This document shows positions 39,274 through 49,219 of a stretch of 64,000 nt of DNA, piece by piece. Position 1 is the stretch's first letter. Each line of letters starts with the position of its first letter. The stretch is from the IMG/VR virus record IMGVR_UViG_3300046758_000519, one strand, 5' to 3'. The notes below the pieces were generated by a model that ran no database searches, was not told the origin of the DNA, and worked only from the letters and a program-made list of their open reading frames with translations. Origin of the DNA: an uncultured virus (IMG/VR IMGVR_UViG_3300046758_000519) (lineage: Duplodnaviria; Heunggongvirae; Uroviricota; Caudoviricetes). The translations under genes and the position numbers were made by a program.

Positions 39274-39952
39274 TCTCTTCTGATGAAATTCTTAATTTCT
39301 TTGCCATTCTTGATTTAGTAATATCACTGGGAATATCATACTGAGTTGTAACCGTAGGAATTGTAATATAAGTTTTTGGTAGAAATGTTTGTTGATACCA
39401 CCAATCTAAATACGAATTGTTATTTTCCACGATTTCTTCCCACAAATCTCCATTGTATCTTTCAACCATATATTCAAATACATTTGAATTTATTGCATAT
39501 GATTGAGTCCACCCAACCGATTTACACTTCCATAAATAATCAATTGAATCATCGTATTCACCTGACCATTTTTGTGTCATGCGATTATATGTAGGACGAT
39601 GTCTGATTCTACGTTCACATCCTCCTAGATAATAAAATTCCCAATCTGATTTCTCAAGAACCTCTATAGATTTGTTTAATTTCTTTTCACACATATTTTT
39701 ATAGAAAGCAACATCGTCCTCAAATATTAATACATTATTTAACTTTTTTTCGTATGCAAGTTTTACAATTCTCATGTGACTTTCATAAAAACCTTTTTTG
39801 GGATTTTCAGAATCAGCAACTGCATCAAATCTTTGAACTCTGTCTAGGATTCCTATTTTTTCAAATTCTTTTTTGGATAGTTCCCACCTATCAGTTCTGT
39901 GTTTCATATTCACACAGTATATTTCATCAAAGTAATCAAAATTTATCATCAT
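39266..39952 (-). CDS. GT25-like glycosyltransferase
   Basis: IYCVNMKHRTDRW, RFDAV, SH, VLIFEDD, YLGG. Confidence 0.82.
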   Translation of the reverse strand: MMINFDYFDEIYCVNMKHRTDRWELSKKEFEKIGILDRVQRFDAVADSENPKKGFYESHMRIVKLAYEKKLNNVLIFEDDVAFYKNMCEKKLNKSIEVLEKSDWEFYYLGGCERRIRHRPTYNRMTQKWSGEYDDSIDYLWKCKSVGWTQSYAINSNVFEYMVERYNGDLWEEIVENNNSYLDWWYQQTFLPKTYITIPTVTTQYDIPSDITKSRMAKKLRISSEENE

Positions 39953-40893
39953 CTTTTCCATATTTTAGAATTTAAAATAGATTTTCCAAAATTTTCAAGT
40001 GAAAATCTTGATTTGTCCATTTTCTTTAAATAAATATAAGTTTCTTCAAGTTTATCGGTGTCGTTTAAGAGATCATATACTTCATTTCTATTTTCAAAAT
40101 AAAGTGGATATTCTTCTCCTAAATATTCAACGACACCATCTAATTTATTGACTATTAAAGGTGTATTCATCAAAATAGCATCTAGTATCGTATTGTTCGC
40201 AGAAACCTCGCACAACTCCATATACAATATATTCTCCGTTAATGTATTTAGATATTCTTTAAAAGAAAGAGTTGGTATTTTATTAACGGAATTAAACTCA
40301 TTGTCAGTTGGATATATTCCATCAGTTTTATTAAATAGTTTTAAATACCATTTTTGACGATCATCATAAGGTACTATTGCTTTTGAAAAATCTGTGGGTA
40401 CATTTAATTTAAAAATAGAATAAGGAATACGCAACCAATGTCCTGTTTGTATGACATTTTTGTTTTTATTCTGAATAAACTTTTTCCACGAAAATTTATA
40501 ATCGTGGTTTTGAATAGGATGGTATAAAAAATCACATTCTATATGAGACAATCCAATTTCGTTCAATGCAATTTTCCACTTATTACACTCAGTTTGTGTC
40601 AAAAAGAAAAGACCTTGACAACGATTTAAAGATTTACGAAATCCCTTTCCATTCAAGTGATTTCTAAACTTTCCATGATTCATATAATAACGATGTGTAT
40701 TTAAGGGATCATGAATGATACCAACCCAATCTTCTTTTATTTCATGTGAATTTTTTGCAATTCTAAAGTTGTAGTCTGCTTCAACAAAAGTAATAAACAA
40801 AGGTTCTTTGTCGTATTTTTCAAATACCTTTTCAACCATAGACCACGATGGACCACAACGACCTTCTTCTGAATATTTTACATTAGTATTCAT
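39949..40893 (-). CDS. putative GT-B glycosyltransferase-like protein
   Basis: WVGIIHDP, LYHP, GHWLR, SANNTILD, NTPLIVNKL, EYLGEEYPLYF. Confidence 0.55.
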   Translation of the reverse strand: MNTNVKYSEEGRCGPSWSMVEKVFEKYDKEPLFITFVEADYNFRIAKNSHEIKEDWVGIIHDPLNTHRYYMNHGKFRNHLNGKGFRKSLNRCQGLFFLTQTECNKWKIALNEIGLSHIECDFLYHPIQNHDYKFSWKKFIQNKNKNVIQTGHWLRIPYSIFKLNVPTDFSKAIVPYDDRQKWYLKLFNKTDGIYPTDNEFNSVNKIPTLSFKEYLNTLTENILYMELCEVSANNTILDAILMNTPLIVNKLDGVVEYLGEEYPLYFENRNEVYDLLNDTDKLEETYIYLKKMDKSRFSLENFGKSILNSKIWKR

Positions 40894-41468
40894 TTCCCAA
40901 ATGTATAATTAAAATAATTTATATCTACTTCGTAATGTTTCTCTACCATTTCACGTGTTTCGTCATCATAATATTCCCAATAAGGTTTGTGATCTGTTTT
41001 AAATTTATGTGGTAATATACTATCTTTAATTTCAAGTTTATTACAAATGTGCGTAAAATCTTCCTGTAAATTTTCAAATTTTCCAATGAAGTCTAATTCA
41101 TCTATTGGGTGAAGAAAATAAAAGTAGTGCATTCGGTGTTGCTTCTGACCTAGATTTCCATTTAAAAATAAAGGAACAAAATGCTTAAATGTAGGTGCGT
41201 GTTTACGATAAAATAATTTCACACCAGGACGTGGATATTTGTAAGTAGAATTGGTAAACCAAAAATATTCTGATACAAGTTTATCCCAAGGATTTCTTAC
41301 AAACGAAAACTTAAAATAAGATTCATAATCCTTCTCATTCTTATATTGTTGCAGTTGTTGGTGTGCATCGTAATTTCCTTTACCAACAAATCCAAGATGC
41401 TTCTCAATGCTTGTTCCTGCACATTTTGGAATGTGTATAAAAATGCATTTATGTTCGTGACTTATCAT
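40890..41468 (-). CDS. sulfotransferase (Sulfotransfer_2 family)
   Basis: FIHIPKCAGTSI, FVRNPWDKLVS, FIGKFENLQEDF. Confidence 0.9.
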   Translation of the reverse strand: MISHEHKCIFIHIPKCAGTSIEKHLGFVGKGNYDAHQQLQQYKNEKDYESYFKFSFVRNPWDKLVSEYFWFTNSTYKYPRPGVKLFYRKHAPTFKHFVPLFLNGNLGQKQHRMHYFYFLHPIDELDFIGKFENLQEDFTHICNKLEIKDSILPHKFKTDHKPYWEYYDDETREMVEKHYEVDINYFNYTFGK

Positions 41469-41471
41469 TTA

Positions 41472-42062
41472 TTATTTTCCAAATTTGTATTCAAATATTT
41501 CAATATCTTTTGCATATTTGTCTGCAATTATTTTTTGAGTTGCTTCATCATAAAACTCTGTATAATGCTTGTACACAGATTTATTTTTGTTAGGAAAGTG
41601 ACCCATTGAAATTCCTATACATTTGCACATTGAATTTAAATCATCAATCAAATTTTCTGTTTTTCCTATGAAGTCAAATTTTTTAATATCAGCAACATAC
41701 GAACATAAACTAAAAGGTAGTTGTGATTGTCTATTATTTTTTTCATTCCACATTTGTTCACCAACAAACAAATTAAAATCATCATTTACATACCAACCAG
41801 GCTTAGACCCATTATCTCTTCGTTTTTTAAGATACGAATGCATGGAAACTACTCTTGCCCAAGGATTGCGTACAAATGTAAACTTAAAGTAATCATCAAT
41901 ATTATCAAGTCTTCCTTCAAAGTCTTCGAGACGAGAATGCGTATTCAAACCAATAGACTTATTAGGTTTTGATTTCATTTTATTTTTCATCCACAATGCC
42001 ATGCTACTACCTGCACATTTTGGAATGTGAATAAAAATACATTTTTGTGTATGACTTATCAT
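41472..42062 (-). CDS. sulfotransferase (Sulfotransfer_2 family)
   Basis: FIHIPKCAGSS, FVRNPWARVVS, FIGKTENL. Confidence 0.9.
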   Translation of the reverse strand: MISHTQKCIFIHIPKCAGSSMALWMKNKMKSKPNKSIGLNTHSRLEDFEGRLDNIDDYFKFTFVRNPWARVVSMHSYLKKRRDNGSKPGWYVNDDFNLFVGEQMWNEKNNRQSQLPFSLCSYVADIKKFDFIGKTENLIDDLNSMCKCIGISMGHFPNKNKSVYKHYTEFYDEATQKIIADKYAKDIEIFEYKFGK

Positions 42063-42961
42063 TTCCCACACTCCTCATAAAATTCTGTTATTATTTTAGC
42101 AATAAAACAATAATTCATCCTAGAATCATAATTTGGATATTTGCTTTTTATATCAGGATGCATTGGATTTTTATAATGAAGTTCACCATATACTCCTTTA
42201 AAATTATGATAAATTTCGGGACCTTTCCATGAAAAATTCAATAATGAATAATTTTCAATTTCTTTCATCACAAAGATACTCAACGCAGTTTGCTCAAAGT
42301 TCCATAGTTGAGTTAATGTTGGACGTCTACCAGATGAAAGTTTATAACATTTACGCAAATAAAATTGTATATGATTTTTAATTGCGATAAATGCAGATTC
42401 ATCTAAAATCCACAAACCTCCATTAAAATGTGGAGTTGTACTTGGGCATTGACGATTCCAAATTTCTTTAGATTTCAAAAATTCCCAATTTTGTTTTATT
42501 TTTTTAATATTTGACTTTGAAAAACCAAACTTGGTTTCTAATACACCATCGTAATTTGTTAAAATTTTTGACTCAATTATTCCAGATGGAATTCCTTTGA
42601 AGGATGCTTTATCGTTGAGTTGGAGTATTGGTTCAATATCTGTTCCAATCATAATATCACAATCTAAATAAACAAAAGAATCAAACTCACTAAATTTATC
42701 AAAGTGTTGAAACAGATTGTATCTACGTGCAAACCCATGAGATAATCCTTGATATTTTTTCTGAACTACCTCAAGTGGTGAAAAATTTTTTTCTAAAAAA
42801 TCAATTTTATTTTGATCAAGTCCTCCATCATTAACACAAATATAAAAGAAAGAATCTTTTAAAGTTCCTGCATATTTTCTAAAAGAATATAGAAGGAATT
42901 TAACCTGATTAAAGTAATAATCAGATGCCTCCATTGATATTAAAAAACATAACTTATCCAT
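42059..42961 (-). CDS. GT8-like glycosyltransferase
   Basis: VYLDCDI, HFNGG, EQTALS. Confidence 0.65.
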   Translation of the reverse strand: MDKLCFLISMEASDYYFNQVKFLLYSFRKYAGTLKDSFFYICVNDGGLDQNKIDFLEKNFSPLEVVQKKYQGLSHGFARRYNLFQHFDKFSEFDSFVYLDCDIMIGTDIEPILQLNDKASFKGIPSGIIESKILTNYDGVLETKFGFSKSNIKKIKQNWEFLKSKEIWNRQCPSTTPHFNGGLWILDESAFIAIKNHIQFYLRKCYKLSSGRRPTLTQLWNFEQTALSIFVMKEIENYSLLNFSWKGPEIYHNFKGVYGELHYKNPMHPDIKSKYPNYDSRMNYCFIAKIITEFYEECGK

Positions 42962-42968
42962 AATAACA

Positions 42969-43628
42969 TCAGTAAATCATATCAAGAACGTGACCATAAC
43001 CTTCCTCTTCTCTCCAACCTCTGCGGTAATGCACCATAAAGGTTTCGTTGTTTACTCTATCAGGTCGTACATTAAAATGTGCTTCTTCTTCTTCGTAAAT
43101 TTTTAAATGGTCTAAATATTTTTCACCATTCATTCCAACGATACTTCTTAAATTAGTTTGCTCCCATGCATCAAATACACTTTTTTGTCCAGCAAGTTCA
43201 TTGAAGTGGTCACCGAGTATCATTTCAACTCTACCATGTTTATTGTTACCATATTTCTTAAAGTTCCAAATCTCAGCAAGTAACCAGACTGACCAATCTG
43301 AGTTCTTAAACATAAACATTCCTGCATTAATTCCCATATCATCTTTGCAAAATACAGCATCTTTATTATTGTCTATAAAGTCCTCAATTTTTATTTCAGA
43401 ATTTATTACAAAACTATCGGAATCTGCCCAAAATACCCAATCGTAATTCGGAAGAGTTTGTTGCATATAAGGAATTTTGTGCCACGATGGATGTCTTGGG
43501 TGATCCAATTTTTGGTCGTATGAGATAAAATCATATCCATGTTTTTCGCAATATTTTTGCTTGTTTGGATTTCCAATTTTTCTCCAATTACCAGGATCAC
43601 ATTCAAATGTCAACATTGCTATTTTCAT
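42969..43628 (-). CDS. GT34 (GMA12/MNN10-like) glycosyltransferase
   Basis: NKQKYCEKHGY, SWHKIP, WVFWADSD, INAGMF, WEQ. Confidence 0.85.
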   Translation of the reverse strand: MKIAMLTFECDPGNWRKIGNPNKQKYCEKHGYDFISYDQKLDHPRHPSWHKIPYMQQTLPNYDWVFWADSDSFVINSEIKIEDFIDNNKDAVFCKDDMGINAGMFMFKNSDWSVWLLAEIWNFKKYGNNKHGRVEMILGDHFNELAGQKSVFDAWEQTNLRSIVGMNGEKYLDHLKIYEEEEAHFNVRPDRVNNETFMVHYRRGWREEEGYGHVLDMIY

Positions 43629-44341
43629 ACAATAACTCCGTATAAAGGTAATATCTTTTTAAGATACTTTTCAGTTTCTTTATCTACATTCCATTTATCT
43701 TTGTTATCTCTTGAAAATATTCGTGTACGTTTTCCCATAAAGTGTCGTTCGTCCCATGTATTATTTCCATGAATGAAATACAGATATCTACTTGGATGAC
43801 TATCCATAATTCCAATGTTCAGTTTTTTTTCTTCCTTCAATTTATCAAAAATATATTCGTAATCTTCTGCCTTTTCATTATTCGAGTATTCCGCATGAAT
43901 TCCACGAAACATTGCTGAACCGATTGTTTGACCAATGTTTTTAGTGACCATCGCATGATTGATATTCCAAAAATACCATGTAAATGCACCAAGATACGAA
44001 ACATCGTGATCACCCTCAACCATAAAGTTGTACAACTCTTCCAGTTGCTTGGGATGACGATAGTCATCATCATCCCATTGTGTCCATATATCGTCTTTTG
44101 ACAAATAATTAAAAGCATAATTACGCAATCCACCGAGACGAAGTTTTCTGTCTGAATTATTTAATTTAATTTCCTCTACTTCATTGCAATTTAAATCTGA
44201 TAACGAGTATTCACCGTCATTGATGATTAAAAGTTTCTTGTTGGAATATGTTTGGTCAAGAAACGACTTCACAGATAACCTTGCAAAATCTTCATGTTCT
44301 GCATCTTTACCAGTTACCATTACTGCTGTTATTTTTTCCAC
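43625..44341 (-). CDS. GT2 glycosyltransferase
   Basis: SFLDQTY, IINDG, LGGLRN, QWDDDD, AED, HGNNTW. Confidence 0.82.
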   Translation of the reverse strand: MEKITAVMVTGKDAEHEDFARLSVKSFLDQTYSNKKLLIINDGEYSLSDLNCNEVEEIKLNNSDRKLRLGGLRNYAFNYLSKDDIWTQWDDDDYRHPKQLEELYNFMVEGDHDVSYLGAFTWYFWNINHAMVTKNIGQTIGSAMFRGIHAEYSNNEKAEDYEYIFDKLKEEKKLNIGIMDSHPSRYLYFIHGNNTWDERHFMGKRTRIFSRDNKDKWNVDKETEKYLKKILPLYGVIV

Positions 44342-44878
44342 TTAGATGCCTTTACATAATTCAGATTTCCAATAGTCATAGCATATTTGTTCATTACATC
44401 CACCGTAATTATGCTTTAAATAAAAACGACACGCAGGATACACATATTTTAGTGTATCCGACAACTCAGTTGTATTGTTATCATTATCGTCCATCATCTG
44501 ACGTATAAATATTGTCGTGTTGGCATTTTGCATTGTTTTTGTAAACTCCAAAGATAACCTTTCATACCTAGATTTTGCTCCATTATATATTGTACTAAGT
44601 TTTTTTCCAATAGGCAATAAATCATAAAATAAATTGCCGGTTCTTTTATCTTTCACAACAGTATAAGGAATACCATCAATCAAATTAACAATACCACCAT
44701 AAATCTGTATTTGATTTTCTGGTGGAAAAAAGTCTTTAAACTGATTATTTAAATTATGCAACAAACTTCTAAACGATAAATCACCAATATTATCAAACAA
44801 CATTTTATTAGAATTCAAAGAACAATCTTTTAACACGGATGAAATAATTGGTTGTGATCCTAGTGATATGTAATTCAT
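44342..44878 (-). CDS. DUF1796-like protein (degenerate, lacks motif Cys)
   Basis: YISLGSQP, LFD, RYERL, IFIR parallels the three paralogs. Confidence 0.55.
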   Translation of the reverse strand: MNYISLGSQPIISSVLKDCSLNSNKMLFDNIGDLSFRSLLHNLNNQFKDFFPPENQIQIYGGIVNLIDGIPYTVVKDKRTGNLFYDLLPIGKKLSTIYNGAKSRYERLSLEFTKTMQNANTTIFIRQMMDDNDNNTTELSDTLKYVYPACRFYLKHNYGGCNEQICYDYWKSELCKGI

Positions 44879-44892
44879 AATAGTTCTTATCT

Positions 44893-45627
44893 TTAAATAA
44901 ACCAATATCCATATTTTTTCATTTTTAAAATTTTTTCAGATTCACCTACTACATGATTAAAATGTATAATCCTACAAATTGTATCTATTTTAGATGAATT
45001 AGAATAATAATATTTTCCGTTTGGATACTTGTTTCTGCTCAAAAAGTTTATGTTTATCAATTTTTTTCCAACCACTCTTTTTTGAAAGAAAACTTGATTT
45101 CTGTCGTATTCTAAATAATGGTTTTTATTTAAAAAATCTTGAGTAAATAAATCGATTGTTTTGTTTGTAGGCCTCATAATATAAAATCCAGTATTTGCAT
45201 GACGTCCATTGAATTGAAATATAGCATCTACATTACTTTCATTTATTTGTTTATTTAACTCGGTTCTAAAATCTTTTTTGATTACAATATCGGTATCCAA
45301 GTATATTATAGTTTTATTAAATTTTAACAATTCATTGCCAATTAAAAATCTTTGATAAATTACACTTTTAAATGATTTTGAACCAAACTCATAAAACTTA
45401 TTTGCGTCTACATTAATTTCAGATACATACAATATAACATCACATATATTTTTTAGTTTTTCTGCAATTTTTAAATCAAGAGCAAAAACAATTATTGGTA
45501 TTTCTAATACTTCTGCACTTTTTAATAAATTACGAACTAATTTTTCATTACCAAAAGATGCCACACAAAAGCAAACAATATTATCTGCATTGTTATTTAA
45601 GTAATCATTAATAGTATTATATATCAT
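44893..45627 (-). CDS. nucleotide-diphospho-sugar transferase (GT77-like)
   Basis: YLDTDIV, NTGFY, YPNG, HFNH; start moved to MIYNT (ATGA overlap). Confidence 0.8.
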   Translation of the reverse strand: MIYNTINDYLNNNADNIVCFCVASFGNEKLVRNLLKSAEVLEIPIIVFALDLKIAEKLKNICDVILYVSEINVDANKFYEFGSKSFKSVIYQRFLIGNELLKFNKTIIYLDTDIVIKKDFRTELNKQINESNVDAIFQFNGRHANTGFYIMRPTNKTIDLFTQDFLNKNHYLEYDRNQVFFQKRVVGKKLININFLSRNKYPNGKYYYSNSSKIDTICRIIHFNHVVGESEKILKMKKYGYWFI

Positions 45628-45995
45628 AAAACAGGGCAAAATCCAGTTTTTGTTTTTTTCATATTTAGTTCTTCTGAATAAATATGCATCAAAATCGCAC
45701 ATCTATGTTGTCCATCTCGTATAAGCAGTCTTGAAAATCTTTTATCAAGTTGTATATCATTTTTTGAATCAAAGTTCCATCCTTTGTTTTTTATTTCATT
45801 ATGCAAGTTAATAAAATGTGTATATGGAATTGTACACCTCGTTCCACGTGTACGTCTCCATGTTTTTATGTAATTATTATATATGTCTTTATCTTCACGG
45901 AGCAATGATAAATAGCAATAACTTTGAGATAATGGCTTTGTTTCAAATATCTCACCATTCCACATTTTCACATTAAAATTTTTTATCGGTATCAT
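45624..45995 (-). CDS. small ParB/Srx-like domain protein
   Basis: L..EIKNKGW and IRDGQHRCAIL motif. Confidence 0.55.
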   Translation of the reverse strand: MIPIKNFNVKMWNGEIFETKPLSQSYCYLSLLREDKDIYNNYIKTWRRTRGTRCTIPYTHFINLHNEIKNKGWNFDSKNDIQLDKRFSRLLIRDGQHRCAILMHIYSEELNMKKTKTGFCPVL

Positions 45996-46002
45996 TTGCA
46001 AT

Positions 46003-46602
46003 TTACCAATTATGATTTTTGTAATGAGTTGCATACTTGTGTGGTTCAGTTTTACCTTGATTACCAAATTCATTTGATTTTAATATGTGAATATTATTTA
46101 ACATATTCAACTCTTTACATACAAGTTGTAATCTGTTTGGCCCGGTGTGTTGTATAGGTCCCATTGTAGAATCAGTAACCTCACTTATACTTTTTAAAGT
46201 TGCATTTAAAATAGGATGATCAACTGAACTTCCTATAAAAGAGTTTGCAAGACCAAGTTTATGTCCCCTTTTATACGCAACAAACTCCATTTCAAATACA
46301 TTCTCAATTTTAGAATGAGAAATAATATCAAGATCAAAATATAATCCTCCGAACTTTTTCAATACAACAAGTCTACCGATATCTGCTTTTTTTATTATTT
46401 CAACTTTATCGTACATTTGCTTTATGTATTTAAACTCTTCATCTCTCATTATTTTTTCTATTTCTTGGTGTGTCCACACTTTATATTCACAATCCAAATA
46501 ATCACGTTTTAATGATGCTTGTGATCTCAATCCCATTCCAGTTTTACTATAACTAGAAACATCTTTTTCGTTCCAAACTTGATGTATTAACTTAGGTATC
46601 AT
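46003..46602 (-). CDS. GT32 (Och1-like) glycosyltransferase
   Basis: MIPKLIHQVW, KADIGR, GGLYFDLD, TGP. Confidence 0.88.
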   Translation of the reverse strand: MIPKLIHQVWNEKDVSSYSKTGMGLRSQASLKRDYLDCEYKVWTHQEIEKIMRDEEFKYIKQMYDKVEIIKKADIGRLVVLKKFGGLYFDLDIISHSKIENVFEMEFVAYKRGHKLGLANSFIGSSVDHPILNATLKSISEVTDSTMGPIQHTGPNRLQLVCKELNMLNNIHILKSNEFGNQGKTEPHKYATHYKNHNW

Positions 46603-46604
46603 TA

Positions 46605-47225
46605 TTATTCCCCAAATTTGTATCCGAAATACTCAATATCTTTTGCATACTTTTCCGCAACGATTTGCTTCGTTTCTTCATCATAGTATTCGGTGTAGTT
46701 TTTGTGTTTTGTAGCATTTTTGTGTGGAAGTTGTTGTTTTGGAATTCCAATTTTATCACAAACGATATTAAAGTCTTCTTGTAGATTTTCAAAACGGCCG
46801 ATAAAATCCATTGACATCTCACCATTTCTGTTACATAACCAATTATATTGAATAGAATTGTGATTTGATTTCCAATGCTTTTTGGAAAGAGTATTCCATC
46901 TGTTTACTCTTGCTTTTACAAATTTTTTAAACGACATTGGATAAACATTATATTCTTTTTGTCTAAATAAATACATTGATAATATTTTATCCCAAGGATT
47001 TCGTACAAATGTAAATTTAAAATAATCATTTAGATTTTGTTTTTTTAAATAATATCGTATAGACTCATGTTTTTGTTGTTCTAACTTATGGTATTTCTCC
47101 CATATGTCACGATATGAATATGTTTCATCATATAAGTCACAAAATTTAAACATAGAACTATCAATTGAAGTTCCGGCACACTTTGGTATGTGTATAAAAA
47201 CAAATTTATGTATGTGACTTATCAT
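46605..47225 (-). CDS. sulfotransferase (Sulfotransfer_2 family)
   Basis: FIHIPKCAGTSI, FVRNPWDKILS, FIGRFENLQEDF. Confidence 0.9.
   Translation of the reverse strand: MISHIHKFVFIHIPKCAGTSIDSSMFKFCDLYDETYSYRDIWEKYHKLEQQKHESIRYYLKKQNLNDYFKFTFVRNPWDKILSMYLFRQKEYNVYPMSFKKFVKARVNRWNTLSKKHWKSNHNSIQYNWLCNRNGEMSMDFIGRFENLQEDFNIVCDKIGIPKQQLPHKNATKHKNYTEYYDEETKQIVAEKYAKDIEYFGYKFGE
46611..46796. repeat. sulfotransferase 3' constant module, copy 1
   Basis: 186 nt with 9 mismatches (hand count) versus 48581-48766. Confidence 0.92.
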
Positions 47226-47938
47226 TTGTACATTTTTTTTAGTTTTTTAATTTTTCTTCCAACACCGCCGTGTATCCCTATTACAGGATGATCAATATAA
47301 TAATTAGCATTATCAGAACCTCTTCTTACTATATTTTGACTTAATCCAAGTGCTTTCAAATTATATTTTTTTAAATTTAATTCAAAATAATGGTCAGAAA
47401 TTTCTGTTTTTAAATTTTCAATAACAGAATATAAAAAGTTGTTGAATTTACCTTGATCGTTTCCTTCAAATTTATAGTAATTATCAATAAAATCTTGAAT
47501 AAAATATTTACATGATGATTTTAAGTTCATCCAACCAGTACATAAAGTAGCACCAAGTTTTTTTCTTATATTTTTTGGGTAACCACGTTTAATAACAGTT
47601 GATAAATTTAAATCATATGAGTTTTTATTTAATTCACTTAAAGGATTTTTCAACCAAAACGCATCTACATCTGAATATGTAACACATTTGTAGTTTTCAA
47701 ATAATTTAATCATTAACTTGAATCTAATTAATCCAAGGTCAGTAAAATCATATTCACTATTTATTAAATTTTTTATTAACTCACATTTAATGCGTTTATT
47801 CAAGAGATACTCGTAACTTTCGTTATCTACGCAAAATATTACATAATTAAGTTTTAATCTTTGAATGTATTTTGACCACAATTCGGCAATTTCTACATAA
47901 TCAAAATTAGTATAACTATAAACTATGCTATTCATCAT
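47222..47938 (-). CDS. nucleotide-diphospho-sugar transferase (GT77-like)
   Basis: YSDVDAFWLKNP, CTGW, NDQ. Confidence 0.8.
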   Translation of the reverse strand: MMNSIVYSYTNFDYVEIAELWSKYIQRLKLNYVIFCVDNESYEYLLNKRIKCELIKNLINSEYDFTDLGLIRFKLMIKLFENYKCVTYSDVDAFWLKNPLSELNKNSYDLNLSTVIKRGYPKNIRKKLGATLCTGWMNLKSSCKYFIQDFIDNYYKFEGNDQGKFNNFLYSVIENLKTEISDHYFELNLKKYNLKALGLSQNIVRRGSDNANYYIDHPVIGIHGGVGRKIKKLKKMYK

Positions 47939-48569
47939 TATCTAGTTTTTGTGGCATAAAGTCAAATTGTTCTAATATACCATTTACATAAAGTTCTGTA
48001 TCTTTTTTATTTCCAAAATGAAGTCCGTTGTGAGGTGTCGTGGTAGTCAGATTTAAATAAATTACATTATCATCTACTTTAACATTTTTACTTCTTTTGT
48101 CGGCCAACTTAAATTGAACTATTAGAATATAATAATTTGTTGTTTTACTATTGAGTATTTTATTTAATTTATCTACCTCATCATCCCTACACTCTCCATC
48201 GTATGTAAGAGTTGTATAAATAAAAAGTTTTGGTCCTTTTTTATTCAACAATTTTCTAAATCTATTGATACATCTTACATAATAATTATGATGTTTTTCA
48301 ATACGAGGGTCTCTGTGTATAAACATATTTTTATGATAATCTAAATGACCTGCACCATTGGAATTGGGGGACTCTGAGTCTATGTATCTTGACCTATCTA
48401 AAAATTTTTTAAAATCAGTATCAATGCAATCAATTAAATTACAAAGTTCACCTGTAACTATCCAGTCAAACGGATACGAACATTTTTTTAATCCGTTGTG
48501 CTTCATAAACCAAGCAGTTACACAACAATCACCAAATGATGCTATATAATTTATTTTTAATTTATCCAA
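47928..48569 (-). CDS. DUF1796 putative papain-like protein
   Basis: SFGDCC, SYPFDW, FIHRD, RCINRF. Confidence 0.75.
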   Translation of the reverse strand: MDKLKINYIASFGDCCVTAWFMKHNGLKKCSYPFDWIVTGELCNLIDCIDTDFKKFLDRSRYIDSESPNSNGAGHLDYHKNMFIHRDPRIEKHHNYYVRCINRFRKLLNKKGPKLFIYTTLTYDGECRDDEVDKLNKILNSKTTNYYILIVQFKLADKRSKNVKVDDNVIYLNLTTTTPHNGLHFGNKKDTELYVNGILEQFDFMPQKLDNDE

Positions 48570-48574
48570 GGTTT

Positions 48575-49219
48575 TTATATCCCAAATTTGTATCCGAAAT
48601 ACTCAATATCTTTTGCGTACTTTTCCGCAACGATTTGCTTCGTTTCTTCATCGTAGTATTCGGTGTAATGTTTGTGTTTTGTAGCATTTTTGTGTGGAAG
48701 TTTTTGATGTGGGATTCCAATTTTATCACACACGATATTAAAGTCTTCTTGTAGATTTTCAAAACGTCCAACAAAGTCAACAACCATTTCGTCCTGCTCA
48801 GATAAAATCCAAAAATGTTGTCCCATTCCATTTGAATAAATTTCATTTAGGTTACCTGCATAACTTTTTAAATATTCAGAAAAATTCATTGTATAAATTT
48901 TCTTCATTAACTCTCGTTTGCGTGGGTGTCCTCGTCCGGTTCTGTTTGCCCAATCATATGCACTTTTCCACCATAAAAACGAAGAAACCACTATATCCCA
49001 CGGATTTCTTACAAAGCAAAATTTAAAATAGTTTTCAATGTAATTTTTTTTTAGAAATTTACACGGTTGATGTCTTGTTGAGATTGTAGTATCTCGTTTA
49101 TAAAAATTAGATACATGACCTTTATGATTAAAACCATTGTTTGATAAACAATTTCGTATACTCAATCCAGCAGTTTTTGGAATATGAATAAAAATTGCTT
49201 TAGTATCGTGATTGTACAT
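48575..49219 (-). CDS. sulfotransferase (Sulfotransfer_2 family)
   Basis: FIHIPKTAGLSI, FVRNPWDIVVS, FVGRFENLQEDF. Confidence 0.9.
   Translation of the reverse strand: MYNHDTKAIFIHIPKTAGLSIRNCLSNNGFNHKGHVSNFYKRDTTISTRHQPCKFLKKNYIENYFKFCFVRNPWDIVVSSFLWWKSAYDWANRTGRGHPRKRELMKKIYTMNFSEYLKSYAGNLNEIYSNGMGQHFWILSEQDEMVVDFVGRFENLQEDFNIVCDKIGIPHQKLPHKNATKHKHYTEYYDEETKQIVAEKYAKDIEYFGYKFGI
48581..48766. repeat. sulfotransferase 3' constant module, copy 2
   Basis: direct repeat of 46611-46796, offset 1970 nt. Confidence 0.92.

Noticed and set aside
46611..48766. Diversity-generating retroelement template/variable repeat pair
   Set aside because: Both copies are coding, mismatches are not confined to adenines of one copy, and no reverse transcriptase is present
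46592..48846. Similar alternate-frame ORFs 46592-46825 and 48562-48846 (and plus-strand 9345-9623, 48536-48754)
   Set aside because: Their similarity is a by-product of the repeated sulfotransferase 3' module
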